Shown here one piece after another: positions 9,202 through 17,814 of a DNA stretch of 64,000 nucleotides. Position 1 is the stretch's first letter. Each line of letters starts with the position of its first letter. Origin of the DNA: Candidatus Acidiferrales bacterium. GTDB lineage: Bacteria > Patescibacteriota > Microgenomatia > Levybacterales > UBA12049. The position numbers and the translations under genes are program-made. A model generated the notes under the pieces. The model worked only from the letters and a program-made list of their open reading frames with translations. It was not told where the DNA came from and made no database searches. Location of the stretch: assembly GCA_035533875.1 (NCBI GenBank), contig DATLSZ010000038.1, forward strand, positions 355-64,354, written 5' to 3'.

Positions 9202-9510
9202 CTTTGATTATTGCTTGATAAGCAAGAGCAGATGGGCTGACGGCAGGAGAGTTAAGCTGCTTTGATATAGTATCTCATTTTTTCCTGCATTACCTCAATA
9301 TATTTTTTTATCGAAACTAATTCCTTTCTCTGAATCGTACTCCGTATATTTCATAAATTCGTCGCAATTATCTTCCCAAACAGCAATATCTTCCAGATAT
9401 TTGAGCCAGAAAGCTCACTGTTTGGTTGGTATCTCTTTTTAAATTGTAAAAAGTTGCTTTTTGTTATATAATCTTTTTTTCGTGGCAATATTGAGTGAGC
9501 TCTATTCTGT

Positions 9511-11781
9511 ATGCTACGATCTTTGCGTGTCAGTACACAACGGGCACTTACTACAAAAAGTAACACCGGCACATTTCGATATGCCGTTTTTAAACCTGCG
9601 GGCAATGATACCGGATTAATTACCGGAATCATACCTGATGCCGAGCGGAGAAAAGAAATAGCCTCATTGTTGCAGGAAATGAACCCTTCAATTGAACAAG
9701 TGGGATTTGTTAACCCTGACTCCAATAATGCTGAGCTGATAATGGCTGGCGGTGAATTTTGCGGAAATGCAACAAGAAGCGCAGCTTATCAAATTTTACG
9801 TGGTAAACCAGGTAAAATTTTTATAAAAGTTTCAGGTGTAAAAAAGAAGCTTCTGGCGGGGGTTACTAAGCGTGGAGAAGCCTACTGTCAGATTCCCATT
9901 TACGAAGATCCCTACTTAATCACCCCTGATCCCAAACACCCCGGAAATGCGCTTGTTACAATGGAAGGAATAACTCATTATATAGACTTTGACTTCAGTA
10001 AAATTAGAGGATTAACAACTGATGAAATAAAAGCAAAAGCACGGAAAGAAATGGCTGATATGGGTATTGATAAGCAAGTATGTTGCGGAATTATATATGT
10101 TGATCAGCGGGAAGATTGGTGCGCTATTCATCCCATTGTGTATATCCGGGATGTTGATACACTCTTTTACGAAACTGCTTGTGGAAGTGGAACGACAGCT
10201 TTGGGTCAGCTGCTTGCGCTTCAGCAAGGCAAATCAATCAATGAAATGCCGATACTCCAGCCATCAGGCTTGAATATTAGGGTAACAGTTTCCTTTGATG
10301 GTAAAAAATTCGGTTATGCACAGATTCAATCTCCTATAGAAATATTGCAGAATGGTGTTCTTGAATTACCGCAAAACCATACAAAAGAAACATCACAGTC
10401 TATTAATACCATGCTTCAAAATATCATTCAAAAAAGGCCGAAGTTGAGGAAGCTTATAGCCGATAAATCAATTCTTGATTATCTCCGGCCGGCTCTTACA
10501 TGGAAACAACAGGAAAATATTTTTCCTCATGCCAAAACATTAGAAATGATTATTACAGCACATATTGAAAAACTTTACGGAGAAGATGCCGCTGCTCTTG
10601 CGAGCAAACAATTGAAAGATAGTTGGGTTGTTGAAACAGGTGCGCATTTACATATTCCTCGCCGTTACAATAATCTTGCGCAGACAGAAGGTGCACAAAT
10701 TAATTCACTTCTTTTCCAGGGGCAGGTATTATGGGCACTGGCTAATCAGCGTTTGGGCAATCATTTGGCAATCGGTATGAATTCGGGAAGAGTTCCCCTT
10801 GATAATACCAATAGTGGAGCATATCTGGATTTGCCATCTCTTAAAACGCCTATGACGTTGGCGAGCAAGAAAAAGCATCCAGACTCACCTCAAACCTTCA
10901 TTTCCGCACGAACAAAAGAAGATATTGAACAAAAACTTGAACTGCTTGCTATGTATAAAAAACAGCGGATGATTCAAGAACAGGAATACGAGCTTGGTCT
11001 GGAAATATTAACTAATTTTTTAGTAGTTCAATCAAGTTTCAGTGATCAGGTCGCTACAACACATGCATTGATGTTAAATAAACTTTTGCCCAATAGACAA
11101 ATTACCCTGGATTCAGAGCCGGTCGGAGCAGAATTCATTATAAAGCTTCTGAAAGATCCAACATCATTAACCTACAGTATATTTACCGATCCATACCGCA
11201 AAGCGCTCTTTTATCAGTATCTTAAGAGTATTCAAACGGGGTGGGCGGAGCATGGTTCACCATTCTATCAAATTATTCAAAAAGGCGAAGGGTACCGGCT
11301 GGTCGATTATTCGGGAGATCTCAGCCCAGAAACGATCATAAAAGGACTTGAAGAAAGAACACTTTGGCCTACAGGAGTTATGAAATTTTTTGCAGAGATG
11401 GTAGAGGGAGGATTACTTTCTGTCGGAGGCTGGACTCAAACAGGATATTGTACAGATATTAAAATGCAATCAGTCAAACTTCTGCATAAATTCGGCTATA
11501 AAGAGCGGGCGGAAGCACTTCATAAGATGCCAACCCATATCGCCGCAGTTGGTCCGTGCTGGGGAATTGATAAGATAAACGGTAAATTCCAACTGCTTGA
11601 TGCAATAACAACGCTTCTTGATACCTCCATCGTAAATCTCTCCTATATAACCAATCTGACAGCAACACAAACATTACTCATTGCAGCACCAACCTTATAC
11701 GAATTTTTGCTCAGGGAACCGCCGGTGATAAATTATAAAGACCTAACCGAAATCTCCCGATACGCTTTTGCACGAAGATAG
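9511..11781 (+). CDS. DapF-fold epimerase/racemase-like N-terminal domain fused to an uncharacterised ~460-aa C-terminal domain
   Basis: PAGNDTGLI, MAGGEFCGNATRSAAY and ETACGSGTTALG match the two-Cys DapF/PhzF-type layout. The C-terminal 460 aa has no motif I recognise. Confidence 0.6.
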   Translation: MLRSLRVSTQRALTTKSNTGTFRYAVFKPAGNDTGLITGIIPDAERRKEIASLLQEMNPSIEQVGFVNPDSNNAELIMAGGEFCGNATRSAAYQILRGKPGKIFIKVSGVKKKLLAGVTKRGEAYCQIPIYEDPYLITPDPKHPGNALVTMEGITHYIDFDFSKIRGLTTDEIKAKARKEMADMGIDKQVCCGIIYVDQREDWCAIHPIVYIRDVDTLFYETACGSGTTALGQLLALQQGKSINEMPILQPSGLNIRVTVSFDGKKFGYAQIQSPIEILQNGVLELPQNHTKETSQSINTMLQNIIQKRPKLRKLIADKSILDYLRPALTWKQQENIFPHAKTLEMIITAHIEKLYGEDAAALASKQLKDSWVVETGAHLHIPRRYNNLAQTEGAQINSLLFQGQVLWALANQRLGNHLAIGMNSGRVPLDNTNSGAYLDLPSLKTPMTLASKKKHPDSPQTFISARTKEDIEQKLELLAMYKKQRMIQEQEYELGLEILTNFLVVQSSFSDQVATTHALMLNKLLPNRQITLDSEPVGAEFIIKLLKDPTSLTYSIFTDPYRKALFYQYLKSIQTGWAEHGSPFYQIIQKGEGYRLVDYSGDLSPETIIKGLEERTLWPTGVMKFFAEMVEGGLLSVGGWTQTGYCTDIKMQSVKLLHKFGYKERAEALHKMPTHIAAVGPCWGIDKINGKFQLLDAITTLLDTSIVNLSYITNLTATQTLLIAAPTLYEFLLREPPVINYKDLTEISRYAFARR

Positions 11782-11788
11782 CGTTACC

Positions 11789-13186
11789 TCAGCTTCCTGA
11801 CGGAATTATGTTTGAAGGTATTATCGAAGGAGACGGGGATACAACGGATGACGGTAACGGATTAAGACTTGGACAGGGAGTTGTGCCAGGATTCAGGTTA
11901 ATAGGTGGTATGCTTCCATTATTCCCAAGCAGCAAATTAATTAAACTGATAATAAATTGCAATAATAATAGCATCAGATTACTGACACCACCATTTTTAT
12001 GTTCATGTTCTTTTAACTCGTGAACAGAATTCGTATGCACTGCATTCGTTTGATTTGTACTCGCGCAAGGAGTTTGTGAAGGTGATGACGAAGGCGATCC
12101 CGAAACTCCAGGTGATGTCTGATTATTCCCCGATCCGCCACCTCCAGCTGCCTGCGAAGGGCCTGGGCTTGCTCCACAAGTACCGCCAAGACAATAAAGC
12201 GTTGGTGTAACGGCAGAGGGAGCCGGAGGTTTTGAGCCTCCGGAATTTGCAATATTGACAGTAAAGAGATCACTGAGGTCTGTTGCTTTTGCTGCACCGC
12301 CCAAAAGGGGAGTCACACCAAAAATTTCTTCAATCGTTTTCAGGGTTGAGCTATGATCGTAGTGGATTGAGTTTGAATAATTTTTCTTTGCAAGCGGTGA
12401 TAATACGATCATCCCGATCGGGCCGTCTCCGCCTTCACCTTCATCCCAGATGATAAAGAGCACGCCATTTGTTTTATACGCCTGTGAGTTTAATATCTTT
12501 GGTACTTGTTGTGACAGCCAGGTGTCTGCTTGTTGAATTGTTCCGTTATGCATATCGTCATTAACGTTTGGTGTAATGAATGTATAACGTGGTACTGTAT
12601 TATTTTGTAATGCAGCAGCAAGTTCTGAGTAAGGACGTTCATGGGAGATGCAGTTAGAAGAATTCGCATTACCATTGTTCGTGACATCGTTAAAATAAGA
12701 AAATGGAACATGATTTACGTCGGCACCTGAGAAATTGAGAATACAACTTTTTCCATTTGTGTCTTCCGCATATTCTTTCCAAGTGATACCCGCAGCATCC
12801 AAGAGGTCGGTTAAGTGTTTGGCGCTGCTTCGGCAATTTGCACTATCAGGGCTGCAATCGCTTTGTCCTGCTACCGCAGCACCTGCTTCAAGCCAGACGT
12901 AATTCGGCGCACTGGGATGATTTCCTGGGGGGTTATAATATTGTTCGGCATGCGCGCCCATCGGTAATAAAGTTTTGTTTATGTATGGAGCGGAAGAACT
13001 GCCTTTTATAGCAGCCCAATTGTGATTTTCTTCCGCAATGATGAATACATGCTGGATGGGTGATGCCGCGTAGACCTTTTGCAGGTTTATCGTGGGTTTA
13101 TTATTGGCAAACAATAAAAATAGTGAGATGAGTAGCATACAGGCAATAATAATTACGCCGGGTTTTACAATATAAAGTTTTTTCAT
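11789..13186 (-). CDS. Secreted phosphoesterase family protein (PLC / acid phosphatase AcpA-like) with a C-terminal Cys/His/hydrophobic-helix module
   Basis: N-terminal anchor. HVFIIAEENHNW, NDDMHNG and FIIWDEGEGGDGP motifs. C-terminal module YCLGGTC...HELKEHEHKNGG...LMLLLLQFIISLINLLLG. Confidence 0.7.
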   Translation of the reverse strand: MKKLYIVKPGVIIIACMLLISLFLLFANNKPTINLQKVYAASPIQHVFIIAEENHNWAAIKGSSSAPYINKTLLPMGAHAEQYYNPPGNHPSAPNYVWLEAGAAVAGQSDCSPDSANCRSSAKHLTDLLDAAGITWKEYAEDTNGKSCILNFSGADVNHVPFSYFNDVTNNGNANSSNCISHERPYSELAAALQNNTVPRYTFITPNVNDDMHNGTIQQADTWLSQQVPKILNSQAYKTNGVLFIIWDEGEGGDGPIGMIVLSPLAKKNYSNSIHYDHSSTLKTIEEIFGVTPLLGGAAKATDLSDLFTVNIANSGGSKPPAPSAVTPTLYCLGGTCGASPGPSQAAGGGGSGNNQTSPGVSGSPSSSPSQTPCASTNQTNAVHTNSVHELKEHEHKNGGVSNLMLLLLQFIISLINLLLGNNGSIPPINLNPGTTPCPSLNPLPSSVVSPSPSIIPSNIIPSGS

Positions 13187-13265
13187 AGGTCGTATATGCT
13201 TCCTTATATAGGGTAGATTAGATGAACAAACAAGTCAATGTTTTTTAAAATGATATAATCATCAG

Positions 13266-14123
13266 ATGATACAAGCAGTTATTATGGATGTTGACGGGGT
13301 GATTGTCGGTAAGAAATCCGGTATCAATTTCCCATTGCCGAATGTTTTAGTCATTAAAGCATTACGGAGACTTAATGAAAAGGGAATTCCTGTTATTCTT
13401 TGTACTGCTAAATTCAATCACGCGGTCAAAGAAATTATTATACAAGCAGAACTCCGTAATCCGCATATCACAGACGGCGGTGCGCTAATTATTGATCCGC
13501 TTAATGAAAAAATAGTCAAGAAACATGTTTTCCCAAAAGACCTTGCACGAACAATTGTCGAGCAAGTTCTATCTCAAAATTTTTATACGGAAGTATACGG
13601 TGTCAACGACTATTATTTACAGAAAGATCATATTGGCAAGTTTACTGAAAAGAGGATCAAGATCTTGCAAAAAGAGCATACAGCTGTTGACTCACTGCTT
13701 GATAAAATTGATGAGATAGAAGTGATAAAGATAATAAACTTTGCACATACTTCAGAAGACAGACTGCAAATAAATAAACTTTTAGATCAGTTTAGCGAAA
13801 AAATTCATGTCATATGGTCACATCACCCTGCTACTTTGCCTGCAGAAAATACCGTTATAACAATAAAAGGTGTATCAAAAAAAGATGCTGCATTGGAGGT
13901 TTTGGATTACTTAAAGATTTCTCCTAGCGAGACCTTGGGTGTTGGCGACACGATAGCGGATTGGAATTTTATGAGTCTTTGCAAATATGTCGGCGTTGTG
14001 GGAGACGCGAGTCAAGAGCTTAAAGACCTGTCTAGAACAAAAGGAGAGGGGAATTACTATTTCAGCCCATCGGTAGATGAAGATGGATTTCTAGAAATTG
14101 TTGATTACTTTAAAGATAAATAA
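13266..14123 (+). CDS. HAD-superfamily hydrolase, Cof-like (subfamily IIB)
   Basis: Motif I MDVDGVIV, cap region and motif IV GVGDTIADWNFM. Confidence 0.8.
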   Translation: MIQAVIMDVDGVIVGKKSGINFPLPNVLVIKALRRLNEKGIPVILCTAKFNHAVKEIIIQAELRNPHITDGGALIIDPLNEKIVKKHVFPKDLARTIVEQVLSQNFYTEVYGVNDYYLQKDHIGKFTEKRIKILQKEHTAVDSLLDKIDEIEVIKIINFAHTSEDRLQINKLLDQFSEKIHVIWSHHPATLPAENTVITIKGVSKKDAALEVLDYLKISPSETLGVGDTIADWNFMSLCKYVGVVGDASQELKDLSRTKGEGNYYFSPSVDEDGFLEIVDYFKDK

Positions 14124-14152
14124 CGAGCGTAAATGATTACTAATAGAGCGAG

Positions 14153-14181
14153 TTGATAAAGGAAGCTGAGCGATATATAAT
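14153..14181 (+). promoter_or_regulatory. Near-consensus sigma70 promoter for the 14200 gene
   Basis: TTGATA (14153-14158), 17-nt spacer, TATAAT (14176-14181). The ATG is 19 nt downstream. Confidence 0.6.
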
Positions 14182-14199
14182 TACAGAAAAGTGTAAGCT

Positions 14200-15030
14200 A
14201 TGAGCGGCGAAATGAAAGCACTTTCTCAAGCATCTGTAGTGAGTCCCCATGAACGTGGGAGAGAAGCTGTTTCTTCTGGTTTACCCAGTCCAGCTAAAAG
14301 GAGTTTAGGTGCACCGTCTACAAGTATCCATGTTCGAGGCCTTGGATCTCCAGGTAGAGTTCCAAAAGGAGATGCAAGTAGAGAAACACAAACTCGAGGT
14401 CTTGCGGAGCTTTATTATAGATTAAGACTAATGAGAAATCCAGGTCACGCAGAACTTCCTCCAGACCAACGAGAACAATGGGCGAGAAGTGATTGGGACA
14501 GAGCCTCAGCCGACTTATCGGAGAAAAGACCCTATGAAAAGTTAGTGGCTCAAACGAGAAAAAGGATAGGAAGAGCATGGTCGATAACGGGAAAAGAATT
14601 TGACACTACAGCGAGAATGGCGCAGGTATTGCATGAAGAACGCGCAGCGATGGCAGAAATAGATCGAGGTCATCGAGATACTCTTGGCCGAAGAGATCTC
14701 CCTGATCATGATTGGAGAGTTGCGCAAATTTTATTAAGAGGATACAGAGACCCGGATGCTCTTCTTGCGGCAATGGAACAAAGACGGGATGACGCAGTAA
14801 CAAGAGCAGCTAATACCCGGACAATAGCAGAACTTCATCATCAAAGAAGGCTATTACAAAATCCAGGTCACGCAGAACTTCCTCCAGACCAACGAGAACA
14901 ATGGGCGAAAAGAGATTGGGAGGAAGCATTGGATGTTGCAGTCATGGGAGAAGAAGCAGTCACCGGGTATTCGACACGTCTTCGGGAAGAAATTGGTCAA
15001 CTACAAGAAGTTAAGGATGGTCAGAGTTGA
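14200..15030 (+). CDS. Arg/Glu/Asp-rich repeat protein of unknown function; carries the N-terminal box shared with the 55.9-63.6 kb module
   Basis: 276 aa. STSIHVRGLGSPG box at aa 40-52. Internal duplication NPGHAELPPDQREQWA. AGA-rich Arg codon usage, unlike neighbours. Confidence 0.7.
   Translation: MSGEMKALSQASVVSPHERGREAVSSGLPSPAKRSLGAPSTSIHVRGLGSPGRVPKGDASRETQTRGLAELYYRLRLMRNPGHAELPPDQREQWARSDWDRASADLSEKRPYEKLVAQTRKRIGRAWSITGKEFDTTARMAQVLHEERAAMAEIDRGHRDTLGRRDLPDHDWRVAQILLRGYRDPDALLAAMEQRRDDAVTRAANTRTIAELHHQRRLLQNPGHAELPPDQREQWAKRDWEEALDVAVMGEEAVTGYSTRLREEIGQLQEVKDGQS
14436..14485 (+). repeat. Intragenic direct repeat, copy A (50 nt)
   Basis: Identical 50-mer AAATCCAGGTCACGCAGAACTTCCTCCAGACCAACGAGAACAATGGGCGA also occurs at 14859-14908. 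Confidence 0.9.
14859..14908 (+). repeat. Intragenic direct repeat, copy B (50 nt)
   Basis: Identical to 14436-14485. In frame, 423 nt apart. Confidence 0.9.
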
Positions 15031-15040
15031 TAGCATTGAA

Positions 15041-15883
15041 CTATTTATTAAGTGCTTTTAAAAGATCTTGAATATACGGGGTTTGTGGAGTATATTGTGC
15101 TTGCATTAATAAACCGAATGTTCTTTTCCATAGTAGTGGCATTTTTATTTCTTTTAGACTCCCCCGGTCAAGATCTTGTGTGACAAAATTTTCAGGTAAC
15201 AAAGCAACTCCACCACCAAGAAGCGCCAATTCCCGCATGAAAGTGACGCTGGTTGATTCGGCATAAATTGTCGGGATGATTTTATGGTTCATAAATAATT
15301 CATCAATTTGTGCTCTGGTATTCGAGCCTCTGTTATATAAAATAAAAGGGATTTCGGATATCGGTTTGGAAAATGATTTCGATGACACCGGAATAAGTTT
15401 TTCGGAATAGGTACGCAAAAGGGTAATATTGTTTGGCATTGTGTAGTTTTTGTTTAAAATACATAACGCGGCATCAAGTGTCCCAAGGTGTAATTGCTGA
15501 AGCAATTTGCCGGAAGAATCAATTGTCAGTTCGAGGGTATATTTTGCTGTTTGTTTGTTGTTTTGTAAAAACTTGCCGAGCCGTAGGGCGATGTTGTCAA
15601 ACATCCCGACAGCATATGTTTGTGTTTGGCCATTTCTTACCTGAGGATCGTGTGCGTTTGCCCATAGCTGTAGTATTTTTTCTCCAAGTATGATAAGAGA
15701 TTTACCATCATCGGTAAGCTGCAGTTGTTTGCCTTTATGTCGAAAAAGTTTGGTTTGGAGGTCTTTTTCAAGCCGCTGTATGGATTGCGTCAGGGCGGAT
15801 TGCGTAATAAAGATTTTTTCGGCTGTTTTTGTGAGATTTCCTTCTTTCGCAACAAGAAGAAACCGTTGTAGTTCATCGATCAT
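15041..15883 (-). CDS. LysR-family transcriptional regulator
   Basis: N-terminal wHTH (LTKTAEKIFITQSALTQSIQRLEKDL) followed by a substrate-binding-like domain. Divergent from the ino1-like gene. Confidence 0.85.
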   Translation of the reverse strand: MIDELQRFLLVAKEGNLTKTAEKIFITQSALTQSIQRLEKDLQTKLFRHKGKQLQLTDDGKSLIILGEKILQLWANAHDPQVRNGQTQTYAVGMFDNIALRLGKFLQNNKQTAKYTLELTIDSSGKLLQQLHLGTLDAALCILNKNYTMPNNITLLRTYSEKLIPVSSKSFSKPISEIPFILYNRGSNTRAQIDELFMNHKIIPTIYAESTSVTFMRELALLGGGVALLPENFVTQDLDRGSLKEIKMPLLWKRTFGLLMQAQYTPQTPYIQDLLKALNK

Positions 15884-15950
15884 TATTTTTAATATATCAT
15901 AAATTAGATTAATTTTACAAATGGATTTAGTTTTGTTATCCTTTCTTTTT

Positions 15951-17045
15951 ATGGCTGGGAAGAAAATAAAAATTGCTATCGTCGGTATTGGAAATTGCGC
16001 ATCGTCACTTGTTCAGGGATTGACGTACTATAAAGACGCAAAAAAGGATGATACGATTGTCGGCCTGATGCATCCGGTACTTGGCGGTTATGCAATTGGT
16101 GACATAGAAGTTGTCTGTGCATTTGATGTCAACGCAACCAAAGTCGGCAAAGATCTTGCGGATGCCATCTATGCCAAACCCAACAATACCGTTGTGTTCG
16201 CCAAAGTAAAAAAAACAGGAGTGACCGTACAGAATGCGCAGGTATTTGACGGCATAGGCGAGTATCTGCAGGATGTCGTCAGCATTTCAAAGACCGATAT
16301 CCCCGATCCGGTTGAAGTTTTGAAAAAATCGAAGGCAGAGATTCTTATCTGTTATCTCCCTGTTGGAAGTCAACAGGCTGTTGAGTATTGGGCGGATGTG
16401 TGTCTCAAAGCAAAAGTTGGTATGGTAAATTGTCTGCCGGTTTTTATTGCATCCGATCCGAAATGGCGCAAAAAATTCATCGATGCCAATATCCCTATCA
16501 TCGGTGATGATATCAAATCACAAGTGGGGGCAACGATTGTCCATCGAGTGCTTGCGAATTTATTTCTCGACCGTGGTATGCCGATTGATCGCACCTATCA
16601 ACTCAATGTCGGCGGCAATACTGATTTTCAAAATATGCTGGAGCGCAAGCGACTGAAAAATAAAGAGATATCCAAAACCCGTGCTGTGACATCACAAATT
16701 GATTTACATGATGAAGAAATCGCGCCGGAAAATATCCATATCGGCCCGAGTGACTGGGTGCCATGGCTGAATGATAATAAGGTGGCTTTCATCAGGATTG
16801 AGAGCCGGCATTTTGGCGATGTGCCGATGCATATTGAGGCAAGACTGTCAGTCCAGGATTCGCCGAACTCCGCGGGTGTCGTTATTGACGCACTCAGGTG
16901 TTGTAAGTTGGCATTGGATCACAAGCTCGGCGGGCCGCTCACTGAACCATCCGCGTATTTCATGAAATCTCCGCCTGTGCAGTTTACCGATGCAGTCGCA
17001 AAAGAAAAAGTCGAGGATTTCATTGAGACATATTCGCGGAAATAA
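15951..17045 (+). CDS. ino1: myo-Inositol-1-phosphate synthase (Ino1 type)
   Basis: KIAIVGIGNCASSLVQGLTYY, FIASDP, GDDIKSQVGATI and SPNSAGVVIDA follow the bacterial/actinobacterial Ino1 pattern. Start moved to ATG at 15951. Confidence 0.9.
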   Translation: MAGKKIKIAIVGIGNCASSLVQGLTYYKDAKKDDTIVGLMHPVLGGYAIGDIEVVCAFDVNATKVGKDLADAIYAKPNNTVVFAKVKKTGVTVQNAQVFDGIGEYLQDVVSISKTDIPDPVEVLKKSKAEILICYLPVGSQQAVEYWADVCLKAKVGMVNCLPVFIASDPKWRKKFIDANIPIIGDDIKSQVGATIVHRVLANLFLDRGMPIDRTYQLNVGGNTDFQNMLERKRLKNKEISKTRAVTSQIDLHDEEIAPENIHIGPSDWVPWLNDNKVAFIRIESRHFGDVPMHIEARLSVQDSPNSAGVVIDALRCCKLALDHKLGGPLTEPSAYFMKSPPVQFTDAVAKEKVEDFIETYSRK

Positions 17046-17090
17046 GCAGAATTATACGCTGAGCTACGCGAAATTGGTCAACGTGGTTGT

Positions 17091-17678
17091 TTATAAATTT
17101 TTGTATGCATGAGATATCCGTTGTATGACGGTGTACAGTGAGAGAATAGTGATAAAGACAAATGTTATTCCCGCAATATTTAGGGATGCAACGATAATTG
17201 CAGGAAAAAATATATAGAAAAACAAAGCAAGAAAGATGAGCACAAGTCTTTCCGGCCGCTCAATAAGTCCCACCGCAAAACTCACTTTTGGATTTGCCAG
17301 CTCTCCTCTGCTTCTTACATAACTAGTCAAATAAGCAAAAAGAAGAAACGGAGCAACTATTCCCCAACTGATAATGCCGGCAAACGCAAAGGCAGTAATA
17401 ACCAGAAAGTCTGCAACACGATCCATTGTGGAATCCAAAAATCCGCCGAATGGAGTCACTTTATGATATCTTCTTGCGACCATTCCATCCAGCATGTCAA
17501 ATCCACACCCGACAAACGCGATAAGCGAGACGATATACCAGTGATAGAGCATAAAGACAAAGAACAGGAGAGGTGGTATACTTCCTAATAGAGTGAGGGT
17601 GTTGGGTGAGACATGTGATAATCGTTTTACAACTGGAAGTAAAAATGGTTCAATTGTCGATTTTTTATTACTCAACAT
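17091..17678 (-). CDS. CDP-alcohol phosphatidyltransferase (candidate phosphatidyl/archaetidyl-inositol-phosphate synthase)
   Basis: Signature DMLDGMVARR-x8-GGFLDSTMDRVAD. Multi-pass membrane protein. Start moved to ATG at 17678. Confidence 0.8.
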   Translation of the reverse strand: MLSNKKSTIEPFLLPVVKRLSHVSPNTLTLLGSIPPLLFFVFMLYHWYIVSLIAFVGCGFDMLDGMVARRYHKVTPFGGFLDSTMDRVADFLVITAFAFAGIISWGIVAPFLLFAYLTSYVRSRGELANPKVSFAVGLIERPERLVLIFLALFFYIFFPAIIVASLNIAGITFVFITILSLYTVIQRISHAYKNL

Positions 17679-17690
17679 ATAGTGACATGA

Positions 17691-17802
17691 ATAATTTTCA
17701 ATTTTTAATTTACAATTTTCAATCAATTTTACAATGTTTCAATGTTTGAAAATTAATTCATTGATGCATTCAATGAAAATTGAGAACTGAAAATTGTAAA
17801 TT
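17691..17802. repeat. AT-rich nested palindromic element in a divergent intergenic region
   Basis: 15-nt perfect inverted repeat AATTTACAATTTTCA (17707-17721) / TGAAAATTGTAAATT (17788-17802). The 19-mer ATAATTTTCAATTTTTAAT is shared with 28357-28375. Confidence 0.75.
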
Positions 17803-17814
17803 AGTTACACATCT

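Noticed and set aside
9351-9725. The 124-aa minus-strand ORF overlapping the start of the DapF-like gene
   Set aside because: It is mostly antisense to the conserved N-terminus of the DapF-fold domain. It has no SD and no recognisable motif.
14436-14908. The 50-nt duplicated segment in the 276-aa gene could be a DGR template/variable repeat pair
   Set aside because: No reverse transcriptase gene is nearby. The two copies are identical rather than differing at adenines, and both lie in frame within the same gene.
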